Of a DNA stretch of 64,000 nt, positions 18,922 through 26,820 are shown piece after piece. Numbering within the stretch: the stretch's first letter is position 1; each line of letters opens with the position of its first letter. The stretch is taken from positions 32,001-96,000 of IMG/VR virus record IMGVR_UViG_3300032323_003835; one strand, written 5' to 3'. The notes beneath the pieces are model-generated. The model saw only the letters and a list, made by a program, of their open reading frames with translations. It ran no database searches and was not told the origin of the DNA. The position numbers were made by a program, and so were the translations under genes. This DNA is from a virus.

Positions 18922-20562
18922 TTATTCTATAATTAAATTTATTTTGTTACCAGCTCCATCAACAGCATCTGATAAAACGAAATAAAATAAACCTGCGGTA
19001 TTTGTTAATTGAACCTTAGGTGTGAAAATTAATCTATATGGTTTTCCTGTTTTAATTCTAGCGGTTTTTATCTGATCGATTGAACCGAAAGTTAATCTAC
19101 CATCTTTATGTGTAGAGAAATTTGTCATGGTTGATCCTGAATCAAAGATTACATTATCTAATGTCAATTTAGATTCGTCATAATTCATAATAACCTCTAA
19201 TCCTGCTAATCCTTCTTTTGTTAGGTTTGTAGTTAATACAACTTTACCACCTTCTAATGTTGATGTTACACTCAATTTAGCAGTCTCTAATGCCTCAGTT
19301 CTATAAGCCATTGATTGAGTTGACATAGTTGTCTTGGCGTTAATAGAATTTACAGAATTTGTAAATTGACCAGCATTAATTCTACTTAAAATTTCTGAAG
19401 GATCTGATGAATGTGACCAGTTCAAATCACCACCCCACGCAAATACCGCATAAACTTCCTTAACCGGGGTATCAATTTTAACTTTATTTTTAACATTACC
19501 GTCTAACCAATCTTGATTTAATAAACCACTTTGCCATCTCCATGAAGTTGCAGTTGATGTTGGGATGAATGCGTTTGCTGAAACGTCTTGTCCCATAACA
19601 TAAGCGAATGAATAATATGAATCCGATTCATTAAATACTGCATCATTCCTAGTTATATTACCGACTTTCTTCTCCAAATTAGGATACGTAAAGAAATTAG
19701 AATTACCACTAATATCAGTTTGTGAGTGGCCTAAAAATGATTTATAAGCATCTGATACAGTAATGACGTTATTCATCCAAGCTTTTTGAGAAGCAGGACT
19801 TACGAATACTCCAACAGAATCACCAACTTTAACCTGTGTTGTAAATAGTGCTTCTCCGGTAGCATCCAATGGTAATTGTGCAACTGGTGGTACCGCCCAA
19901 TCAATTGTTCCGTCGGTTTTTAATTTCATCAGCTGAACATTATGATCTGCGATTGTATAACCTTGCGGGAATAAAACTTTAACCTTGAATTGAGAAGTAT
20001 TACCAACCACATTTGTTAATGATAGATTAGTAGAATTTCTAGTGATCGGAGAAATGTTTGCAGACAAATCGCTGATAGCATACGCTAAATCCAATTTGTG
20101 TATATCATTATAGGTATTTTGATCTTTTAACACATATTTTTGTGTTGCAATATCTCCGTTAATTGATGCATCAGCTCTTTGAACTGTTAATTGTCCAACG
20201 TTCCAATCGTTGTTTAAGATGTAAGCCCAAGGAGTAGCTTGATATTGACCATATAAATTAGTAGCTGTCACATTTGGGGCAGGTGTAAATGAGTAATTGT
20301 TCCATCCAGTAAAGAACGTTTGGGTTGAACTACCCTGTGTAAACGCAGTGCTGTTTGGCACCATTGCCAGTGCTTTGTTATTAAAGGAATATCTTAACCA
20401 AAAATAACGCGGAAGAGAAGTACCCCTGTCTACTGTGTACTTTACTGTTAATGTATCACCAACTTTATAGGGAGGAGCAGGTGTTACCGATTGAAACACG
20501 TTAATTTGAGCAAATGACGATAGGGACATTAACATTCCCAGGACTGTTAGTAGTTTTTTCAT
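18922..20562 (-). CDS. Exported cohesin/dockerin-like protein, C-terminal half paralogous to 16623-18920
   Basis: Signal peptide; ITVSDAY, FNESDSY, WGGDLNWSHS, GLEVIMNYDESKL mirror the neighbour. Confidence 0.7.
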   Translation of the reverse strand: MKKLLTVLGMLMSLSSFAQINVFQSVTPAPPYKVGDTLTVKYTVDRGTSLPRYFWLRYSFNNKALAMVPNSTAFTQGSSTQTFFTGWNNYSFTPAPNVTATNLYGQYQATPWAYILNNDWNVGQLTVQRADASINGDIATQKYVLKDQNTYNDIHKLDLAYAISDLSANISPITRNSTNLSLTNVVGNTSQFKVKVLFPQGYTIADHNVQLMKLKTDGTIDWAVPPVAQLPLDATGEALFTTQVKVGDSVGVFVSPASQKAWMNNVITVSDAYKSFLGHSQTDISGNSNFFTYPNLEKKVGNITRNDAVFNESDSYYSFAYVMGQDVSANAFIPTSTATSWRWQSGLLNQDWLDGNVKNKVKIDTPVKEVYAVFAWGGDLNWSHSSDPSEILSRINAGQFTNSVNSINAKTTMSTQSMAYRTEALETAKLSVTSTLEGGKVVLTTNLTKEGLAGLEVIMNYDESKLTLDNVIFDSGSTMTNFSTHKDGRLTFGSIDQIKTARIKTGKPYRLIFTPKVQLTNTAGLFYFVLSDAVDGAGNKINLIIE

Positions 20563-20563
20563 T

Positions 20564-21067
20564 TTAATTTAATAATTGTTTTATTGCTGTTCCGCATACC
20601 TTTTTAATAACAGTTGAAACGGATTGTTGATTCATCTTTCCTCCCTCGTCAACTATTAATGTTGACACTGAAATTTCGGATGCTTTTTCGGTTATTAAAC
20701 ATTCTTTTATTTTTTTCCCCTTGCTATCTAGGAGGTATGCTTTTATTTTTAATACGGTTTCAGCGTTGTTCTTATGGAATACAGCAACGCTAGATTTTGT
20801 TGTTTCAACATCAAAGAATAAAAGATCTATATTGATTTTATAATCAAATTTGGTCTCATCTTCTACTATGTCAAAATTTGTTTCTTGGAGATATTCTTCT
20901 AGGAGATTTTTGAATCCAAAAGTTAACGGCCTGGATCCTGCTAAATTACCGATCATGATCTTATTGTTTATTTCTCCAATAAGAACAGACTTTCCCTGCC
21001 CGAATGATGAAAGGGCAAAAAGGGAAACTACTAAAGTTAGTGTGAGAGATTTAAAGAGGTTTGGCAT
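20564..21067 (-). CDS. Exported protein, first gene of envelope cluster (CsgG/TolB-N-like alpha/beta fold possible)
   Basis: Signal peptide; GFKNLLEEYLQE..FDIVE parallels the CsgG-like gene. Confidence 0.55.
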   Translation of the reverse strand: MPNLFKSLTLTLVVSLFALSSFGQGKSVLIGEINNKIMIGNLAGSRPLTFGFKNLLEEYLQETNFDIVEDETKFDYKINIDLLFFDVETTKSSVAVFHKNNAETVLKIKAYLLDSKGKKIKECLITEKASEISVSTLIVDEGGKMNQQSVSTVIKKVCGTAIKQLLN

Positions 21068-21085
21068 TTTTTCCTATTTTATTAG

Positions 21086-21223
21086 GAAAAAACCCGGCAT
21101 TCCCCCTAAGGAGGGCTTCAAATAAAGATCATTTCTGATTGGGGATCGTGTTTCCCAAAGAGAGACCTTTATGATTTGCTGGTAAAAAAATTGTTTGCTT
21201 TTTTACCGAATGAGGATTTTTTC
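21086..21223 (-). ncRNA. Putative structured 5' leader RNA, copy 2
   Basis: Closing stem GAAAAAAUCC/GGGUUUUUUC, UCCUCAUUC, AGCAA-loop hairpin; follows GATATATA at 21229-21236. Confidence 0.55.
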
Positions 21224-21274
21224 GAGTTTATATATCTAATACAACTCTGAAAATCCACATAGTAAAAATAATAT

Positions 21275-21664
21275 TTATAATGATATTTGGAAACGGTCTT
21301 TCATCCTTTTAAGAGTATCGTCAGGTACCCCGTGTAAATTTTTATTCCCATGACGATTTTCTATTATAATAGAAAAAACCTGATATTCATACTTTTCTGC
21401 CAGATCATAGTATGCTTTCATTTCCCAATCCTGTGTGAATGTATTAGAAACTGCAATTTTATGTTTTCCCCACACCATTGCAGATTCGGTCTTTGATCTA
21501 CACCATTCATGAGCATCCTTTATTTTTGATGCATCAAAAGAATATTCGCCTGACTGGTTTATAAAATATTGATCCGCTTCAAAATATGTATCAGTAATTT
21601 GAGATGCGAAAGTTGACTTACCTGATCCTGGTAATCCCCTAACAATAAATAAAGATTTCTCCAC
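21275..21664 (-). CDS. P-loop kinase (AAA_33 / PNK-like)
   Basis: IVRGLPGSGKST, FEADQYF, VSNTFT..WE, HGVP. Confidence 0.85.
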   Translation of the reverse strand: MEKSLFIVRGLPGSGKSTFASQITDTYFEADQYFINQSGEYSFDASKIKDAHEWCRSKTESAMVWGKHKIAVSNTFTQDWEMKAYYDLAEKYEYQVFSIIIENRHGNKNLHGVPDDTLKRMKDRFQISL

Positions 21665-21715
21665 TTGCTTAATTTTTAAGCAATTTAAAATAAAATAACG
21701 GTAAACAAAAATGTA

Positions 21716-21844
21716 TTATCTTCCTTGTCCTCTGTAGTTCTTCTCTTTACGATCGCTCTTGTTGCGATTCTTCTTAGCAGTTCCTCTTCTTCTTTTACCG
21801 AAGGTAACTTTTTGACTGCTGGAGGTTCCTTTTGCCTTTGCCAT
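21716..21844 (-). CDS. Small basic protein ending YRGQGR (42 aa, not in ORF track)
   Basis: MAKAKGTSSSQKVTFGKRRRGTAKKNRNKSDRKEKNYRGQGR; AATATATA upstream near 21862. Confidence 0.6.
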   Translation of the reverse strand: MAKAKGTSSSQKVTFGKRRRGTAKKNRNKSDRKEKNYRGQGR

Positions 21845-21886
21845 TATTTGGGGTTTTTTACTATATATTCCCCAAAGTTAATTTTT

Positions 21887-22354
21887 TTAATGTCCAAAGG
21901 GAACTACATATATGTCGTCCCATTCTTCACCTTTCATTCCATCAAGTATGGATTTGGCTAGTGAGAATCTTCTATAAGAATCATATTTTAATTCCTGCTC
22001 TATTGCAGATAAAACTTGTAATAATGGAATTGCCGGTAAGGGATCTCCGTAGAGATCCTCTTTAATTTTTTCATCTCCTTCCCAGATCTCGACATTAACA
22101 TAATCCATTCCAAGATCGAACAATTCTGCTGATTTAGAATCCAATCCCAGATGCGATCCCTTAACACTATTTAAAAATCTCCAATCATTAAATTCAGGGG
22201 ATATTTCCTTGCCCTTGGAAAAAAGAATTAATTTAGATAGTGCACCTATCCCTATTTTAGAAAGGTCAACCCTAGCTACCTCTAGAAACGATTTATCTCT
22301 TAACACTCCAACAATTAATTTAATCTCGTACCCCATATCACCGGAACTATTCAA
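21887..22354 (-). CDS. Hypothetical protein
   Basis: 155-aa ORF. Confidence 0.6.
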   Translation of the reverse strand: MNSSGDMGYEIKLIVGVLRDKSFLEVARVDLSKIGIGALSKLILFSKGKEISPEFNDWRFLNSVKGSHLGLDSKSAELFDLGMDYVNVEIWEGDEKIKEDLYGDPLPAIPLLQVLSAIEQELKYDSYRRFSLAKSILDGMKGEEWDDIYVVPFGH

Positions 22355-22556
22355 AATAACTTTTGCTGAAAACTGACGTAACTAATTTGTCGGAATGGAT
22401 TATTCTTAAGTACTTTTCCTGATCTATCCCGGATTGATCCTGGTGTATCCAAACTTTCTCGGAAGGCTTAAGTGGATTGGGTAGATGCAAGTTCCAACCT
22501 TTTTCTGAAATCCCTTTTTTAAGGGTTACTGTTTTTAAATTTTCTATAGATTCCAT
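22347..22556 (-). CDS. Hypothetical protein
   Basis: Coupled small ORF. Confidence 0.5.
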   Translation of the reverse strand: MESIENLKTVTLKKGISEKGWNLHLPNPLKPSEKVWIHQDQSGIDQEKYLRIIHSDKLVTSVFSKSYFE

Positions 22557-22558
22557 GT

Positions 22559-22780
22559 TTAATATTTATTATGATCCGTGAATAATGGATCTATTGACTG
22601 ATCGATCTGTGTTGATTTTTTTCTTTCTATGTAGTCTAGTGCAGATTTTCCCATATGATCCATAAAATCGAAATTATCATTGAAGATATCTTTTTTAATC
22701 CCCGGATTTAATCCGTTTATCTTATTAAAAGAATCTAATTTTTTAGATATCTGTTCTAAATATTCCTTGCTCGGTATCAT
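22559..22780 (-). CDS. Hypothetical protein
   Basis: Coupled small ORF. Confidence 0.5.
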   Translation of the reverse strand: MIPSKEYLEQISKKLDSFNKINGLNPGIKKDIFNDNFDFMDHMGKSALDYIERKKSTQIDQSIDPLFTDHNKY

Positions 22781-22790
22781 ATTTTATAAT

Positions 22791-23477
22791 TTATATTTTC
22801 CAAAAATATAATAGGGTCTGATGACCAGCCCCGTGTATCCATCCATTAAAACCTGCCTGATTTATTCTGTTAACAAATGCTTCCATTAGCTTTGTGTTTG
22901 AATTCTCGGTAATCCCGGATACGTTGTGCCACTCAATAAATATTCTATCAATCTTTCTTAGCGTATCGTCTGTTATTGTATTAAAACAGGATCTTTCTGC
23001 TCCCTCTATGTCAACCTTAAGAAAATCTATTCGGTCTAGTTTGCAAATAGAAAACACATCATCCAGTGTTATAGCTTCGACAAGTGCTTTTTCTTGTAAA
23101 GATGGCCAAAGCCCTATTTCAAACATACCTCTGTGGTCCGTGATTGCTTTATTATAGGTTTTCCAATTAACACCCTTATTCATCAATAAAGACTCGTAAA
23201 CAACCGGATCTGCCTCGAATGAATATATTTCTTTAACCCCAATCCTTTCCGCATATCTAGAGGACATACCTATATTAGACCCAAGATCGACAAAAATATC
23301 CCCGGGTTTGACCGAGCATTCCGGTTGAAAGCTTAGTTCAGTGTGATGAAAGGTAGACCAATACATACATGCCTCCCATCCATATTCTCTTTCGACATCA
23401 GATTGTGAAACATTGAAATTAACATTATCGAAATCCATTAATTTTCCACCTATGGTGTGGAATTTTTCTCTCATCAT
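22791..23477 (-). CDS. FkbM-family methyltransferase
   Basis: VDLGSNIG, YSFEAD, IDFLKVDIEGAE, IEWH. Confidence 0.88.
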   Translation of the reverse strand: MMREKFHTIGGKLMDFDNVNFNVSQSDVEREYGWEACMYWSTFHHTELSFQPECSVKPGDIFVDLGSNIGMSSRYAERIGVKEIYSFEADPVVYESLLMNKGVNWKTYNKAITDHRGMFEIGLWPSLQEKALVEAITLDDVFSICKLDRIDFLKVDIEGAERSCFNTITDDTLRKIDRIFIEWHNVSGITENSNTKLMEAFVNRINQAGFNGWIHGAGHQTLLYFWKI

Positions 23478-23488
23478 ATTCTGTATAT

Positions 23489-24178
23489 TTATTTAGTTCT
23501 GTAGTAATTTTTAAAGTTGTCTGAGAATGCTTTCGTGTACTTTTGGATCTCTTTGGTATCAAAAGAAGAATATAAACCAGTAGATAAAATTGCTTGAATT
23601 TCGTCACAAATTATTTTATCATCATCAGCATATCCCATTTTAATCAACGATTTTTTTATCGAATTGTAATCCTTCTTTTTCATTTCCGATATTAAAATAT
23701 CGCAGGATTTTTTATATTTCTTATTTGTGAAATATAGACCATGTGCTATTTCATGGTCCATAGTTTGGGATTTAAAACCATCAGCTCCTATTAGGTACCA
23801 ATTCGTCCTTATTCCTGCGTTTTTATTCTGCGAATCAAGAGAGCAATAAAAATAAATATCATTCATCACAACATCATATTCCGTTTCTTTGTAAAACAGA
23901 TTGTGTGCTTTTTTAAGAATATTTGATGGTATATTATACCCGGACCAGTCCCACGGATAGTTAAATACTTTTGATCCACGTTCGGTCTTGTATAATTTCA
24001 TGAATTCGAACAGGGTAAAGTATTTTCCTCTTATTTTTTTGAAGGGTGATTCATAAAACTCTTGATATCTACAAAAAAGCATAGCCCTATCGTAATGATC
24101 CTTTATAGCTGCTCCGTATATTTTTGGAGCTATTTCTTTAACAGTGCCACTCACAAGTCTGCTTTTTATTTTATGCAT
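23489..24178 (-). CDS. Hypothetical protein with HExxH motif
   Basis: F.RYQEFYESP, TMDHEIAHGLY, DEIQA. Confidence 0.7.
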   Translation of the reverse strand: MHKIKSRLVSGTVKEIAPKIYGAAIKDHYDRAMLFCRYQEFYESPFKKIRGKYFTLFEFMKLYKTERGSKVFNYPWDWSGYNIPSNILKKAHNLFYKETEYDVVMNDIYFYCSLDSQNKNAGIRTNWYLIGADGFKSQTMDHEIAHGLYFTNKKYKKSCDILISEMKKKDYNSIKKSLIKMGYADDDKIICDEIQAILSTGLYSSFDTKEIQKYTKAFSDNFKNYYRTK

Positions 24179-24332
24179 TCTTAAGATATTAAATTAATCA
24201 AAAATACGAACAATTCTCGAGGAATTAAAACGTTTAAAATTGTAGCTATTATTTACCAAATATTTCAGTGATAGGGAATTTTTAATAAAATCCTACATTT
24301 TTTTTGAATATATAAATCAAATAACAAAAATT

Positions 24333-24632
24333 ATGGGAATATTAATATTAGCGGTCGCAATATGTTCTTTGTATTTAATTTACGTAAGCAAAACAAAAAA
24401 AGATAAACCTAAAGTACAGGAAGCCCCAGAAAAAATAGAACCTACTACAAACATAGAGATTGTGCAAGATGTAGAGTTACCAGTTAAAAAAACAAGAAAG
24501 CCAGCAGCTAAGAAGCCAGAGGTTAAAAAACCAGCAGCTAAAAAACCAACAGCTAAGAAGCCAGAATCTAAAAAACCAGCAGTTAAAAAAACTAAGGCTG
24601 AACCGGCTAAATCAAAGAAGTCTAAAAAGTAA
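24333..24632 (+). CDS. Membrane-anchored protein with histone H1-like KKPAA repeats
   Basis: N-terminal TM, repeated KKPAAKK; AATATATA at 24307-24314. Confidence 0.7.
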   Translation: MGILILAVAICSLYLIYVSKTKKDKPKVQEAPEKIEPTTNIEIVQDVELPVKKTRKPAAKKPEVKKPAAKKPTAKKPESKKPAVKKTKAEPAKSKKSKK

Positions 24633-24658
24633 TAAGGATCACCAAGAATCTGGACGAT

Positions 24659-25816
24659 TTAAATATCATCTAGTATACCCGCCTGTATTAAATCGGATAC
24701 ATTATTTATAGATTTCTGGAATGTTTTATTGGTGTTTCTGCTAGTAATCTCTTTAATTACCCTCTGTTTTATGTGAACCGGAAGTCTGTCATAGATCTTT
24801 GTTATCTTGATAGGGTCCTTAGAATAACTACCATAAATATAGTCAGATACATCCATATAATCTAAAAATCTACTTAGATGCTCTTGATCTCTGTAATCGA
24901 TAAGATCCCACGATAAAGCAATTGCAACATTGTAAGGTGTACCAGTAGAAACATCTTTAGCTAGTAGATTGAGTGTTTTTTCAGAAACTATATTACCAGA
25001 TAAAACCAAATTTTCTGGGTTCATTACGGGAAGTCCCTCTAAAGAATTTAAAAGATTCGAAGAGCAATTGAATCCAGATTCTACCGTTTGTGGGGATCCC
25101 TTAAGATTTTCTAATAAATTATTATTACACACAAAATCACCGAGTACTATTGATGGGCCAAGATCAAGAGAGGATAAACTATTATTAGAGCATATAAACT
25201 TACCATTTAGTTTATTGGGGGATCCTTTTAGGGTTTCAAGATTATTTTCTGAACAGTTGTACAGTTTTCCTACATTTTTTGGTCCTCCCACTAACGATGT
25301 TAATAGGTTGTTTTCGCATTGGAAAAACCCACCGACTTCTTTTGGAGATCCAATAAGGGATGTTAATTTATTAACAGTTACTCGATAATCCCCGTTGACT
25401 TTAATTGGTCCTCCTTCTAGAGATGTTAATTCATTAAAATCTGCTATGAAATTTCCTGGTATCTCCTGAGTACATCCCTTTAATGTTTCTATCTCGTTGT
25501 ACATACAATCGAAATTTGACCCAACGATTATTGGGGAATATTTTAGGGATTTTAGTTTATTAGAAGAGCATCTGAATGATCCCCCAATCTCTTCTGGGCA
25601 ATTTATGAGGGATTCTAAATTATTATTGGAGCAATTAAAATTGCCGGTGATTTTTTTAATTCCTACTTTAGGTAAAGTTTTTTGTTCAGGTTTCAGACCG
25701 TTTGAACAATCAAAATCCCCATCTATTAAAACTGAACCTTCATTGGTAAGGATCCAAGAACCTGATACAAATTTATTTAAAAATTCTATTAAAGATGAGG
25801 ATAGCTTTTTTGACAT
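24659..25816 (-). CDS. 21-aa LRR-like repeat protein
   Basis: About 11 repeats N.LtSL.G.P..V.G.F.C. Confidence 0.85.
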   Translation of the reverse strand: MSKKLSSSLIEFLNKFVSGSWILTNEGSVLIDGDFDCSNGLKPEQKTLPKVGIKKITGNFNCSNNNLESLINCPEEIGGSFRCSSNKLKSLKYSPIIVGSNFDCMYNEIETLKGCTQEIPGNFIADFNELTSLEGGPIKVNGDYRVTVNKLTSLIGSPKEVGGFFQCENNLLTSLVGGPKNVGKLYNCSENNLETLKGSPNKLNGKFICSNNSLSSLDLGPSIVLGDFVCNNNLLENLKGSPQTVESGFNCSSNLLNSLEGLPVMNPENLVLSGNIVSEKTLNLLAKDVSTGTPYNVAIALSWDLIDYRDQEHLSRFLDYMDVSDYIYGSYSKDPIKITKIYDRLPVHIKQRVIKEITSRNTNKTFQKSINNVSDLIQAGILDDI

Positions 25817-25820
25817 TCAT

Positions 25821-26099
25821 TTATCTATCAATAGATATTTTTTCAAATGGTATAATTGGACTCATTCCGGTTTCTCTAAAATATGTAGATCTTATTTTTT
25901 TACCGAGTTCCATGTCGTTTGGTGTATCTAGGATGACCCGATAATCTATCATGATGTGAGACCTTGAGGATCCTTGGTAACAAGGTGTGCATAATTGTCC
26001 TACCCCCTCTACGTATCCATATCTTATATCGATATGGTCAGATATGCTGTATTTTGTGAGGATCCCACATATAACACATTTTTCTTTACCTGAATTCAT
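25821..26099 (-). CDS. Zn-finger-like hypothetical protein
   Basis: CVICG...YVEGVGQLCTPC. Confidence 0.65.
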   Translation of the reverse strand: MNSGKEKCVICGILTKYSISDHIDIRYGYVEGVGQLCTPCYQGSSRSHIMIDYRVILDTPNDMELGKKIRSTYFRETGMSPIIPFEKISIDR

Positions 26100-26117
26100 A
26101 CACTTAAGTATTATTGG

Positions 26118-26312
26118 TTATTCATTAGATGTATTGATCATCCTCTGTTTATAGATGGCATCTAGAACTTCCTTTCTTCGGGTAACTGAGGGTTTTGTGT
26201 AGCTCTGTCTTTCCCTTAGTTGATTGATAAGCTTAGTTTTAGATACCTTGTTCTTATAAACCTTTAGAGCCTGATCTATAGATCCGTACTTTGTTGCGTC
26301 TATTATAATCAT
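26118..26312 (-). CDS. rpsU: 30S ribosomal protein bS21
   Basis: SIDQALKVYKNK...LRERQSYTKPSVTRR, Bacteroidota-type S21 signature. Confidence 0.9.
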   Translation of the reverse strand: MIIIDATKYGSIDQALKVYKNKVSKTKLINQLRERQSYTKPSVTRRKEVLDAIYKQRMINTSNE

Positions 26313-26361
26313 AACATAATATCTATCCCTAAATAAATAAAAAGTTCCAAAACAGCAATAT

Positions 26362-26820
26362 CTAATTTTTATTATTTTCGGAAGGAATCCAATAGTTAAA
26401 ATAAAAATCTCGGATAAAGTCTAGGGTTATATTTCCGCTCAGGAATCTATCCCTAAGCCCAAAATCCCTAAAGTTGATAACATTCCCGTTTATTAGGAAT
26501 TTATAAAGAGGTTTAATTTGCTCTAGATCGTCTCTTTCGTTTAACGAGATTATTTCAGTGGATGTAAATTGTAAAAGGTCCCGGTTGTTTAGGAGTAATC
26601 TAAATTTAGTAGTAGTTGTTGTTCCCTCTTTGAAGACTCTGGCTGACAAGTATACTGGTTTAATATGCCTTTTATCAAGATCAAATATATCTATAGCGGT
26701 ATCCCCTAGATCCTTTATGTCCCGGCGATCTTTTATCTCGCCAATCCATTTAACATATTCATCGTTTGAACAATCATATATCATTGTTTCACATTGGCTT
26801 AACACTGTCTCCTTTATCAT
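26362..26820 (-). CDS. Hypothetical protein
   Basis: 152-aa ORF overlapping the upstream stop. Confidence 0.6.
   Translation of the reverse strand: MIKETVLSQCETMIYDCSNDEYVKWIGEIKDRRDIKDLGDTAIDIFDLDKRHIKPVYLSARVFKEGTTTTTKFRLLLNNRDLLQFTSTEIISLNERDDLEQIKPLYKFLINGNVINFRDFGLRDRFLSGNITLDFIRDFYFNYWIPSENNKN

Noticed and set aside
13379-21223. Known c-di-GMP or c-di-AMP riboswitch identity for the leaders
   Set aside because: Diagnostic conserved motifs not found by eye; left as unknown pending an Rfam search
24969-25931. Plus-strand ORFs antisense to LRR genes (also 39914-40483)
   Set aside because: Antisense shadows of repeat-coding DNA with no independent signals
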